From NCBI GenBank assembly GCA_902518415.1, contig CABYGA010000002.1:6705-70704 (forward strand): DNA of 64,000 nucleotides, given 5' to 3'. The notes beneath the pieces were generated by a model, which saw only the letters and a program-made list of their open reading frames with translations, did no database searches and was not told where the DNA came from. Of the stretch, positions 33,236 to 42,202 are shown piece after piece (position 1 is the stretch's first letter; every line of letters begins with the position of its first letter). The DNA is from an uncultured Pelagibacteraceae bacterium (GTDB lineage Bacteria > Pseudomonadota > Alphaproteobacteria > Pelagibacterales > AG-422-B15). The translations under genes and the position numbers were made by a program.

Positions 33236-33754
33236 CTATTTTCGCCTAACATTAGGGATTACTTCTTCTTGATACCCTTCATTGAACGAGTCAGAGTCGC
33301 CATAAATTTCTGCTTCAAACCACGTAATAAACTCATCTGACTTTATTCCTTTCCAATATTTCCATGATGATTGTGCTATAGGCGCCTTCATAACCCCAAG
33401 TTTAAGCATATGCATTCTCATCTTTAAATGTGACTCGTCAACAAAACCTTTTTCAACTTTTTCATAAGTATCAAATATATCCACCAATAACGTATTTATA
33501 AAAATAGCAACTCGCCATTTGTCTGAATCATCTAGGTCGCCTGTAGCCCAGTCTTTTGCTAAAAAATTACTAAACTCCTTATCTTTAGCTGTATTAAAAT
33601 ATCTTTCGTACATTCTTTGTGTAAGGGAGTGTCCAAATTGAGCTTTAGTAATTTCATTTTGTTGATGAATTTGTAATCCTAAATAAATAACTGAAACAAG
33701 CACACCAAATGCTGCTACCATTTGAACAATAAGAAGAACAGTGTCTGTATTCAT
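33236..33754 (-). CDS. Hypothetical protein with N-terminal TM helix followed by a helical domain
   Basis: 172-aa ORF, VAAFGVLVSVIYLGLQIHQ membrane segment, TAATG coupling to the photolyase stop. Confidence 0.75.
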   Translation of the reverse strand: MNTDTVLLIVQMVAAFGVLVSVIYLGLQIHQQNEITKAQFGHSLTQRMYERYFNTAKDKEFSNFLAKDWATGDLDDSDKWRVAIFINTLLVDIFDTYEKVEKGFVDESHLKMRMHMLKLGVMKAPIAQSSWKYWKGIKSDEFITWFEAEIYGDSDSFNEGYQEEVIPNVRRK

Positions 33755-35196
33755 TAAGCCATTAAAGTTTTAGTTGTGGCAAATGCCTCTAAAGCTTTTT
33801 GTCGGGAAGAGCCAATTTCAACAATAGGCAGTGGATAATTCTCGCCAAGCTTTACACCAGCCAATCTTAAGACATCTTCAGGAGCTTCCCAAGGGTTAAA
33901 TAAAAATTTATCTGGCATTTCACTCAAAACAGGCAAGTATTTTCTTGTATATTTTCCATCAGAATCAAATTTCTGGCCCTGTGTTATTGGGTTAAAAATT
34001 CTAAAATATGGAGCGGCATCTGCACCTGAACCAGCAATCCATTGCCACCCAGCACTATTACTCGCTAAATCGGCATCAATTAAGCAGTTCCAAAACCATC
34101 TTTCTCCATGATGCCAATGTAAAAGTAAATTTTTTACAAGAAATGAACCTACTACCATTCTAAGTCTATTATGCATATAGCCTGTTTGCCATAATTCTTG
34201 CATACCAGCATCTACAATAGGATAGCCAGTTAATCCTCTTTGCCATTTCTTTAATTTGTCTTTATCGTTATCCCATGGAAAATTATCGAATTTTTTTTGT
34301 AAATTTTCTTTAGGAAGAAATGGAAAATGGTAGAGCAAATTAAAAGAAAATTCTCGCCAACCTAATTCACTTAAAAAGTGATCTAAGTCTTTCTTAATTC
34401 CTAATTTACCCTCTTTTGTTTTAGCTCGATACCACACTTGGTTTGGTGAAACTTCACCAAAGTGTAAATGGGGTGAGAGTTGAGACACATTCTTGTTGGA
34501 TGGAAAATTCCTGCCTTCTTTATAGTTATCTAATCCATTTAAAATAAACTCATCAATCTTGCTGAGTGCTCCTTCTTCTCCGGGAGACCATAGGGAAGTC
34601 ATCTTCTCATACCAATTATGTTTAGGCATTAAGTCCAAATCTTCTATTTTTATATCTTGGCCATCAATTGATGTTAAGTTTGATAAATCAGGTATTGGCA
34701 ATGGCATTCGAGGTTTATCTGAATTCAGGCATCCCTTTCGATAATAGGGAGTAAACACTTTATAAGGAGTGCCATCTTTTTTTGCAATATTCCATGGTTC
34801 CCATAAAAGAGATCCATTAAAGGTACTCACATTTACGTCTTTATCAGTGAAATATTTTTTTATTTTTTTGTCTCTACGAATTCTCCAGGGCTCGTAGCAA
34901 CGATTCCAAAATATATTTATTATTTTATATTCTATATTAATTTCATCTAAAATTTCTAATGGATTACCCTTATAAAAACATAGCTTGTTCTTTAACGACT
35001 TATTTAACTGAGTTAACGAATTATGAAGCCACCACTTACTCGCAGAACCATTTATATGATCTTTTGAATTTACATTATCAAATATAAAAATAGGTAAGGT
35101 CTTGCCATCCTCTAGCGCTTTTGATAGGGCAGGATTATCAGCTAGTCGCAGGTCTTGCCTGAACCACATAACATTTATATTTTTTTTTGATGCCAT
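33754..35196 (-). CDS. phrB: Class I CPD DNA photolyase
   Basis: WFRQDLRLADNPAL, PYKVFTPY, SQLSPHLHFGEVS, TGYPIVDAGM.ELWQTGYMHNRLRM, GWQW.AG.G.DAAPYFRIFNP. Confidence 0.95.
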   Translation of the reverse strand: MASKKNINVMWFRQDLRLADNPALSKALEDGKTLPIFIFDNVNSKDHINGSASKWWLHNSLTQLNKSLKNKLCFYKGNPLEILDEINIEYKIINIFWNRCYEPWRIRRDKKIKKYFTDKDVNVSTFNGSLLWEPWNIAKKDGTPYKVFTPYYRKGCLNSDKPRMPLPIPDLSNLTSIDGQDIKIEDLDLMPKHNWYEKMTSLWSPGEEGALSKIDEFILNGLDNYKEGRNFPSNKNVSQLSPHLHFGEVSPNQVWYRAKTKEGKLGIKKDLDHFLSELGWREFSFNLLYHFPFLPKENLQKKFDNFPWDNDKDKLKKWQRGLTGYPIVDAGMQELWQTGYMHNRLRMVVGSFLVKNLLLHWHHGERWFWNCLIDADLASNSAGWQWIAGSGADAAPYFRIFNPITQGQKFDSDGKYTRKYLPVLSEMPDKFLFNPWEAPEDVLRLAGVKLGENYPLPIVEIGSSRQKALEAFATTKTLMA

Positions 35197-35256
35197 AATT
35201 TATATATAGCCTAATTATAGTAAGTTTCCATGGATTAGGCCTAATTGCCTATAAAG

Positions 35257-35772
35257 CTAGAGAGAATATTCAAAATTCTGTGTCGTTGGATTGTGTCCTA
35301 AGAGTTTTGCGCCATTTCTAATGTGATAATGAGTGGCCATAGGTGTCAAAGGCGAAAGAGTAACAATTCTTTTATACCCCATTTCTCTGCCAAATTTTAA
35401 TGCCTCTTCCATAATTTTTTTACCTGCACCTTTTTTTCTCGACCAGACAGTATAAGCAATAATTGTATCAGCGTTTTGCTCATAAACTGCTAGTCGGCTC
35501 ATTAAGTCTAATTCTCTTACTGAATGAGGAACGTCTTTCGTAAAGGCTAAACACATAATCCCCTCTATTTGTTTATTGTGCTCCAGACCGTATATTTTTC
35601 TTTCATGAGAAGTTCTCCATGAGAGATCTAACTCAGGTCTTACAGGGTCCTCAGAGACATCTATAGTATCTAACTCAATAAACTGAGATGTTTTAATCCA
35701 ACTAAAATCAGTAAAATTTAATTTAAATATCGATTTAAAAAAATAAATGATTTTATCAAATAACGTTTTCAT
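35257..35772 (-). CDS. Small GNAT-fold protein resembling the malonyl-CoA decarboxylase catalytic core
   Basis: ADTIIAYTVW, KKGAGKKIM, IVTLSP, HYHIRNGA, QNFEY motifs. Confidence 0.6.
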   Translation of the reverse strand: MKTLFDKIIYFFKSIFKLNFTDFSWIKTSQFIELDTIDVSEDPVRPELDLSWRTSHERKIYGLEHNKQIEGIMCLAFTKDVPHSVRELDLMSRLAVYEQNADTIIAYTVWSRKKGAGKKIMEEALKFGREMGYKRIVTLSPLTPMATHYHIRNGAKLLGHNPTTQNFEYSL

Positions 35773-35830
35773 TGTTTTGCAATTCTTCCAACTGGTCTAA
35801 TTTTTAACTTAAACAAATATTCGTAAGATA

Positions 35831-36682
35831 TCATTTTCTTCTCATTAAAAGTAATAATATTAGCACTAAAGTAAATGGCAATATTAGTAGGAAAGTAAAT
35901 AAACCTGACCAATATGTAATCTTTTCTATATTAGACGCTTTCTGAATAATTTTTTGCTTAGGATTAAAATAATCAGCTGAATAAAGGTGTGGATAGTCAG
36001 CAAATTTAATATGCATATTTGAAATCCACTTTCTTAGGTAGCCAAGCTCCGTATTTTCTTGAAGAGTTTTTATTAAAGGAGAGTAAGGAATACTGCAGTG
36101 ACATTGTATTACGCCAAATAATTGATAATCAATAATATTAGGAACATCTCCACCAAAAAAATTAGTGTTTTGAGTTAATAGTTTGTTATTCCAATATGAA
36201 TATTGATCAAAAAATTTTTCATTAATTGTAAATTTTCTAATTTTTATTTTTATAATATTTAAAAGTGTAAAAAAATAAATTGATGTAAGAGGTCTTAACG
36301 CATGATTATATAAATTAAATAGTTTGTTATTGTGAAATCCTTTACAAAGACTAAAAGCATAAAAAAACATTAAAGGGTTATCAACCCTATGTTGCACTCC
36401 TTGCCATGTTTTGAATATTAATTTTTTTTCCGTGCTTGATAGAGAGTAATTTCCTAGTTTCTGCAAAATTTCTGCCGAGTCCAATTTCCATTTATAGGAA
36501 TCATCTCTCATTGCAGGCATCATAACGCCACTTTTAAATAATAAATTCAACGTGGGAATGGTTCTTAAATTATAGTTTATATTTTTGTCATATAGGCAAA
36601 GAAGAACTGATTGAACCCAAGGCGAATGATCATTTCCATATAGATCTATAATTTGAGAATTTCCATACGATTTATTGCTCAT
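35831..36682 (-). CDS. Glutathione S-transferase-fold protein with C-terminal transmembrane anchor
   Basis: SPWVQSV, MMPA (cis-Pro site), LDSAEIL, FFGGDVPNIIDYQLFG, hydrophobic tail ending RRK. Start taken at ATG 36682. Confidence 0.7.
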   Translation of the reverse strand: MSNKSYGNSQIIDLYGNDHSPWVQSVLLCLYDKNINYNLRTIPTLNLLFKSGVMMPAMRDDSYKWKLDSAEILQKLGNYSLSSTEKKLIFKTWQGVQHRVDNPLMFFYAFSLCKGFHNNKLFNLYNHALRPLTSIYFFTLLNIIKIKIRKFTINEKFFDQYSYWNNKLLTQNTNFFGGDVPNIIDYQLFGVIQCHCSIPYSPLIKTLQENTELGYLRKWISNMHIKFADYPHLYSADYFNPKQKIIQKASNIEKITYWSGLFTFLLILPFTLVLILLLLMRRK

Positions 36683-36695
36683 AATTAAATTTCTA

Positions 36696-38234
36696 CTATT
36701 CCCACTCAATAGTGCCAGGAGGCTTAGAAGTTGTATCGTAAACTACTCGATTAATTCCTTTAACTTCATTAATAATACGAGTTGATACTATGCTTAAAAA
36801 TTGAGCACTAAAAGGATAGAAATCAGCAGTCATGCCGTCTACAGAGGTCACGGCCCTCAAGCCACAAACAAACTCATATGATCTTTGGTCGCCCATTACA
36901 CCAACAGTTCTAACCGGCAATAAGACAGCAAAAGCCTGCCAAATTTCATTATATAAATTAGCTGCTTTAATCTCATCAATATAAATTTTATCTGCCTGTT
37001 GTAAAATTTGTACTTTTTCTTTTGTAACATCACCCAATACTCGAATACCCAATCCAGGTCCTGGAAATGGATGTCTTTGTATAAATTCTTTTGGCAATTT
37101 TAGTTCTTTGCCGACTCTGCGCACTTCATCTTTAAATAATTCTTGTAAAGGCTCAACAAGTTCTAGCTGCATTTTTTTGGGTAAGCCTCCAACATTATGA
37201 TGAGACTTAATGACTGAAGACGGCCCTCCATGAAAACTTTTACTTTCTATTATATCCGGGTAGATAGTACCTTGGGCTAAGAATTTTGCCTTAGATATTT
37301 TTTTTGACTCAACATTAAATATTTTGATAAATAAATTGCCTATAATTTTACGTTTTTTTTCAGGATCTGATATTCCTCTGAGAGAATCGAAGAATTTATT
37401 CTTGGCATTAACCGTTACAAGCCTCGATTTAAAATACTTCTTAAATAAATTTTGAACTTCCTTCGTTTCATTCAGCCTCATCAACCCAGTGTCAACATAA
37501 ATACATGTTAATTGTTTACCAATTGCTTTTGAAATTATTGCTGCAGTCACCATGCTATCTACACCTCCAGATAACCCACAGATTACTTGGCGCTTTTCAA
37601 CCCTTATCTTTATTTTAGCAACTTGCATTTTGAGGTAGTTTTGCATGCTCCATGTTGGCTTTGATTTACAAACATTGATTATAAAGTTCTTGATTATTTT
37701 TTCACCTTGTTGCGTATGAACCACTTCTGGATGAAATTGGAGACCATAAATTTTTAGTTTTTTATTTTCTATGCCAGCAAATTTAGAGTTTTTACTTTTT
37801 GCAATAGTTAAAAAATCTTTAGGTAATTTAATTGCCTTGTCACCATGGCTCATCCAAACGTAATGTTGTTTATTTTTCAATTTTATACTTTGAAAGAGCA
37901 TACTTTTATTAACATGCGTAATTAATGTTTTACCGAATTCTCGTTTATTAGATATTTCAACCTTACCTCCAAGTTGATGCACTATAAGTTGCATGCCATA
38001 ACAAATTCCTAGAATCGGAATATTTAAGGAGAAGATCTTCTGATTAATTTTAGGCGTGCGTGACTTATGAACACTTGCTGGACCACCTGAGAATATAATT
38101 CCAGTTGGTTTAATATCCTTAATTTTATTTAAAAGGTTCTTATTACTTACAATTTCACAGTAAACACCGGCCTCTCGAACCCTTCTTGCAATTAATTGAG
38201 TTACCTGAGAGCCAAAGTCTACAATATAGATCAT
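36696..38234 (-). CDS. guaA: GMP synthase (glutamine-hydrolysing)
   Basis: DFGSQVTQLIARR, GICYGMQ, QFHPEV, SGGVDS, KSHHNVGGLP, KPPGTIEWE. Confidence 0.97.
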   Translation of the reverse strand: MIYIVDFGSQVTQLIARRVREAGVYCEIVSNKNLLNKIKDIKPTGIIFSGGPASVHKSRTPKINQKIFSLNIPILGICYGMQLIVHQLGGKVEISNKREFGKTLITHVNKSMLFQSIKLKNKQHYVWMSHGDKAIKLPKDFLTIAKSKNSKFAGIENKKLKIYGLQFHPEVVHTQQGEKIIKNFIINVCKSKPTWSMQNYLKMQVAKIKIRVEKRQVICGLSGGVDSMVTAAIISKAIGKQLTCIYVDTGLMRLNETKEVQNLFKKYFKSRLVTVNAKNKFFDSLRGISDPEKKRKIIGNLFIKIFNVESKKISKAKFLAQGTIYPDIIESKSFHGGPSSVIKSHHNVGGLPKKMQLELVEPLQELFKDEVRRVGKELKLPKEFIQRHPFPGPGLGIRVLGDVTKEKVQILQQADKIYIDEIKAANLYNEIWQAFAVLLPVRTVGVMGDQRSYEFVCGLRAVTSVDGMTADFYPFSAQFLSIVSTRIINEVKGINRVVYDTTSKPPGTIEWE

Positions 38235-38235
38235 A

Positions 38236-38634
38236 CTACTCAGCCAGTAACTTTAGATTATTAATTTCGTCGCAGTCATCTTCACAAAGGATTTCCAAAT
38301 TAGAAATGAATTCAGCGTAATCTTCAATATTACCCAAGCCGTATGCAGTTTTACCTAAAAGAAAGTTTAGCTCTAAACTATGCGGTGCTAACGTAAACGC
38401 AATTTTATAATATTTATTAGCAGTGATTAAATCATCAATTTTCTCATAAGATTTTCCAAGTAAAACAAATGACTCAGATGATTTAGGGTTAAAAACAATT
38501 TCCTTTTCTAAATATTTAATGGCTGTTTCGTACCTAGTGTCATTGAAATGCTTTAGAGCATTATCATAAAAGTCTGATGCTGACCAAGAATGAGATGAGT
38601 ATAAAAAAAGAGTTAAAACTATAAAATATTTCAT
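38236..38634 (-). CDS. Exported tetratricopeptide-repeat protein
   Basis: Signal peptide MKYFIVLTLFLYSSHSWS; TPR pattern (FNPKSSESFVLLGKSY); C-terminal LC..C. Confidence 0.75.
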   Translation of the reverse strand: MKYFIVLTLFLYSSHSWSASDFYDNALKHFNDTRYETAIKYLEKEIVFNPKSSESFVLLGKSYEKIDDLITANKYYKIAFTLAPHSLELNFLLGKTAYGLGNIEDYAEFISNLEILCEDDCDEINNLKLLAE

Positions 38635-38638
38635 TAAC

Positions 38639-40105
38639 TTAAATGTTAGTTGGATAATTTGGAGACTCACGAGTGATATCAACATCATGAACATGACTCT
38701 CTTTTAATCCCGCTCCTGTGATTTCAATAAACTGAACATTCTTCTTAAATTGCAATATATCTTTCGAACCTGTGTAGCCCATTGATGCTTTAAGGCCGCC
38801 AACGAGCTGATATATTATTGGTGATATTGGACCTTTGTATGGAACTCTTCCTTCAATCCCTTCAGGTACATGTTTATTGTTTTCTGTGATTTCCTCTTGA
38901 AAATATCTATCTGCAGACCCTCTCGCCATTGCACCTAAGGAGCCCATTCCACGATATGATTTATAACTTCTACCTTTAAATAAGTAGACTTCACCAGGTG
39001 ATTCATCAGTTCCTGCAAATAATGAACCTATCATAACTGCGTTAGCTCCTGCGCCTAGCGCTTTTGCAATATCTCCAGAATATTTTATACCTCCATCAGC
39101 AATAACTGGAATATTTTTTTTGTTTGAAATTTCAGCGCAATCCAAAATTGCTGAGAATTGAGGGACCCCTATTCCAGCAACTACCCTTGTAGTACAAATT
39201 GACCCTGGACCTATACCAACTTTTATACAATCTGCGCCTTTATCAATTAATTCTGCTGTAGCTTCTTTTGTAGCTACATTGCCAACAACTACGTCAATGG
39301 AAAAATGAGATTTAATTTCCTCAAGAGTAGAAATAACTTTTTCTGAGTGGCCATGGGCAGTATCTATTACTAACACATCTGCACCAGCATCTACTAGTTG
39401 CTCAGCTCTGTTAATTGCTTCTATTCCAACGCCTATTGCAGAACCTACTATCAGCCTTCCTTTGGCATCCTTAGATGCGTGAGGGTTTAATTGGCTTTTT
39501 TCGATATCTTTCACTGTGATTAAGCCAATGCACTTTCTATTATCATCAACAACTATAAGTTTTTCAATTCTATGGGCATGAAGTAATTTTTGGGCATCGT
39601 CACTAGAGATTCCCTCTTTTACAGTAATCAAATTTTCACTTGTCATTAACTCACTAATTTTTTGAGACATGTTAGTTGCGAAACGAACATCCCTATTCGT
39701 TAAAATACCAAGCAATTTATCGTTACTATCTACTACAGGGACACCAGAAATCTGATGCTCTTTCATTAGATCTAAAGCATCCGATAGAGTGGCTTCAGGG
39801 GCTATGGTTACAGGATCAATTACCATGCCAGTTTCAAACTTTTTTACTTTTGCAACATTTTGTGCTTGATCGTCTATAGGCATATTTTTATGGAGTATCC
39901 CTAGCCCACCAGATTGAGCAATAGCGATAGCTAACTTATATTCTGTAACAGTATCCATTGCCGAAGAAATTAATGGTATACCAAGTTTAATATTTGAAGT
40001 TATAGATGTATGTGATTGGACCTCAGTCGGTAGAACAGACGAGCGTGCAGGCTTTATTAAAACATCATCAAATGAAAGGGATTTTTGAATAGTGGAGCGC
40101 TCCAT
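38639..40105 (-). CDS. guaB: IMP dehydrogenase
   Basis: [11 protein letters not shown] pair, [31 protein letters not shown]. Confidence 0.97.
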   Translation of the reverse strand: MERSTIQKSLSFDDVLIKPARSSVLPTEVQSHTSITSNIKLGIPLISSAMDTVTEYKLAIAIAQSGGLGILHKNMPIDDQAQNVAKVKKFETGMVIDPVTIAPEATLSDALDLMKEHQISGVPVVDSNDKLLGILTNRDVRFATNMSQKISELMTSENLITVKEGISSDDAQKLLHAHRIEKLIVVDDNRKCIGLITVKDIEKSQLNPHASKDAKGRLIVGSAIGVGIEAINRAEQLVDAGADVLVIDTAHGHSEKVISTLEEIKSHFSIDVVVGNVATKEATAELIDKGADCIKVGIGPGSICTTRVVAGIGVPQFSAILDCAEISNKKNIPVIADGGIKYSGDIAKALGAGANAVMIGSLFAGTDESPGEVYLFKGRSYKSYRGMGSLGAMARGSADRYFQEEITENNKHVPEGIEGRVPYKGPISPIIYQLVGGLKASMGYTGSKDILQFKKNVQFIEITGAGLKESHVHDVDITRESPNYPTNI

Positions 40106-40111
40106 CTCTGA

Positions 40112-40140
40112 TGATTAAATTATTTAACAAATTATGTCAA
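40112..40140 (-). promoter_or_regulatory. Sigma70-type promoter of guaB, probably leaderless
   Basis: TTGACA (40140-40135), 17-nt spacer, TAATCA (40117-40112), then 6 nt to the ATG. Confidence 0.55.
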
Positions 40141-40148
40141 TCAAGGTG

Positions 40149-40772
40149 TTATTTTTTTCTAAGGCAAATTAAGTAGATTTCACTCGAATTTTTCCTACTT
40201 GATTTTGGCTTAAATGAAGTAACTTTATAAAAATTCCTTTTACATACAGTGAGGACATCTGAAATATCGCCTGTTCTGAAATACTTAGCCACAAAATGCC
40301 CATTAGTATTAAGATTCTGAAGTGAATAACTTAATGCATTCTCAACTAAATCCTTGGAAAGAAGAAAATCAGACACTTTATTGCCTGACAAGTTGGGCGA
40401 GATATCAGAAAGCACTAGATCAAATTCACCTATAGTTTTAGAGATTTTTTCGAATTCGGGAGATAAAAAGTCTGATCTATAAAAAGTAACGCCTTTAATT
40501 TCTTCCATTTCCAGGATATCTACGGCAATTATTGAATTTAGACTTTTCCCATGATTTTTAAGTACTTGGCACCAACTTCCAGGTGCTGAACCAAGATCAA
40601 TTACATTTTTAGCCTCATTCAAAATTTTATATTTCTCAATAATTTCAACTAACTTGTATGCAGCCCTGGATCTATAGTTATCACTAATAGACTTCTGCAC
40701 AAATTCATCATCTACATGCCTTTTAAGCCATTTCTTATTTTTATCTTTGAATGATTTATTCTTTATTTTCAT
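40149..40772 (-). CDS. rlmE: 23S rRNA Um2552 methyltransferase RlmE/FtsJ
   Basis: YRSRAAYKL, DLGSAPGSW, SDISPN, KPKSSRKNSSEIY. Confidence 0.94.
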   Translation of the reverse strand: MKIKNKSFKDKNKKWLKRHVDDEFVQKSISDNYRSRAAYKLVEIIEKYKILNEAKNVIDLGSAPGSWCQVLKNHGKSLNSIIAVDILEMEEIKGVTFYRSDFLSPEFEKISKTIGEFDLVLSDISPNLSGNKVSDFLLSKDLVENALSYSLQNLNTNGHFVAKYFRTGDISDVLTVCKRNFYKVTSFKPKSSRKNSSEIYLICLRKK

Positions 40773-40837
40773 AAAGTTGTTATTTTTCAATTATTTAACA
40801 ATAAATACATACTACTTGAAATGTAGCTAATTACCAA

Positions 40838-40884
40838 TATATCACTTTGATATAGGTATTGATTATATATATCATCCTGATATA
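40838..40884 (+). promoter_or_regulatory. Tandem palindromic operators overlapping the tolC operon promoter (candidate PadR sites)
   Basis: TATATCA-CTT-TGATATA (40838-40854) and TATATCA-TCC-TGATATA (40868-40884). TTGATA(40847)-N17-TATCAT(40870) lies within them. Confidence 0.65.
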
Positions 40885-40899
40885 GATACCCTTTTTATA

Positions 40900-42201
40900 A
40901 TGGATTTTTATATGAGATTTTTTAAGTATTTTGCGATCATAATGACTTTATTATCAACGAGTAGTGCTGGAGCATTGAGTCTAAATGATGCAATTAGTGA
41001 ATCTTTGGCAAATAACCTGCTGCTTAAAATGGAAGCTAATTCAGTAGATATTGCTGAAGAAGATTATTTCCAATCAAAATCAAATTACTTACCTTCAATT
41101 AGTCTTAACGCCAATATATCAGAAAATGAATACTCAAGCCTTAAAACTCAATCAGGAATTATAGGGAGTGATTACGAATTAGCTCCAAGCAGTAAATCAA
41201 TAATCTTATCTCAAAATTTATTCAGTGGTTTTAGTCGCTTTTACAATTCAATTTCGACAAAAGAATCTCTAAATCTGAAAAGACTTAATGAGAAGAAAGT
41301 CACTCAGGACATAATTTTAGAGACGATTGAAGCTTACTATAATGTCCTTATTGCTGAAAAATCAGTTAAGTCGTACAAGGATAATCTTGAGTCTGTTGCA
41401 GAAAGATCAAATGCAACAATCAAAGAATACGAAGTTGGCCTCACCTCCAAAACTGATGTTGCTCAGGCCGAGGCTTTCTTAAATAATGCAAAGATTGATT
41501 TATTAGATTCTGAAATAATTCTTAAAAATTTAAAAAATTCATTCTTTGACTTAGTTGGTGTTGATGCAAAAAATTTAATATTTTCAGAAATTAATGCTGA
41601 CATACCAAGCTCATTTAGTGAATTTAAAGAAATATTAATCGCTAATAATTACTCAATAAGGATGGCGGAAGTAAATTTGAAAATAATGAATGCTAATGTA
41701 GGAGTAGCACGTTCAGCATATTATCCTCAACTAAGTCTTACTGCTAGTAAATCTGAATTAGATGAATTTTCAGCAGAGATAGATGAGCTCACAAATGAAG
41801 AAATTAAAGCCACTCTTAATTGGCCAATCTTTACGGCTGGAAAATCGTTATCTAATGTCCGCAAGGCAAAAGAAGTTAAAAATACTCAGTTAATACTTTT
41901 ACAGAAAACGCAAAATGAAACTGTTATTCTTTCAGAAAATATCTGGGACAAATATAAAATTTCAGAACAAACAATAAAAGCTGCTGAGCTAACGTATAAT
42001 GCCAATCAAACTGCATATAAAGGTACTGTGATTGAGCAAGAAGTTGGTGAAAGAAGTGTTCTTGATGTTTTAATTGCAAGGCAAGCACTGCTTAACTCAG
42101 AGATTAATTATTTCAACAAGCAGAAAGATAGGGAAATAGTTAAAACTCAAATTATGTATTTAGCAGGATTACTTAATTTTGAAAATTTAGAGGTTAATTA
42201 A
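40900..42201 (+). CDS. tolC: TolC-family outer membrane efflux channel
   Basis: Signal peptide, YLPSISL, EVGLTSKTDVAQAEA, YYPQLSL, VGERSVLDVL.ARQAL. Start may be ATG 40912. Confidence 0.88.
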   Translation: MDFYMRFFKYFAIIMTLLSTSSAGALSLNDAISESLANNLLLKMEANSVDIAEEDYFQSKSNYLPSISLNANISENEYSSLKTQSGIIGSDYELAPSSKSIILSQNLFSGFSRFYNSISTKESLNLKRLNEKKVTQDIILETIEAYYNVLIAEKSVKSYKDNLESVAERSNATIKEYEVGLTSKTDVAQAEAFLNNAKIDLLDSEIILKNLKNSFFDLVGVDAKNLIFSEINADIPSSFSEFKEILIANNYSIRMAEVNLKIMNANVGVARSAYYPQLSLTASKSELDEFSAEIDELTNEEIKATLNWPIFTAGKSLSNVRKAKEVKNTQLILLQKTQNETVILSENIWDKYKISEQTIKAAELTYNANQTAYKGTVIEQEVGERSVLDVLIARQALLNSEINYFNKQKDREIVKTQIMYLAGLLNFENLEVN

Positions 42202-42202
42202 T

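Noticed and set aside
40093..40104. Palindrome TGGAGCGCTCCA at the guaB start
   Set aside because: Single occurrence in coding sequence with no supporting pattern.
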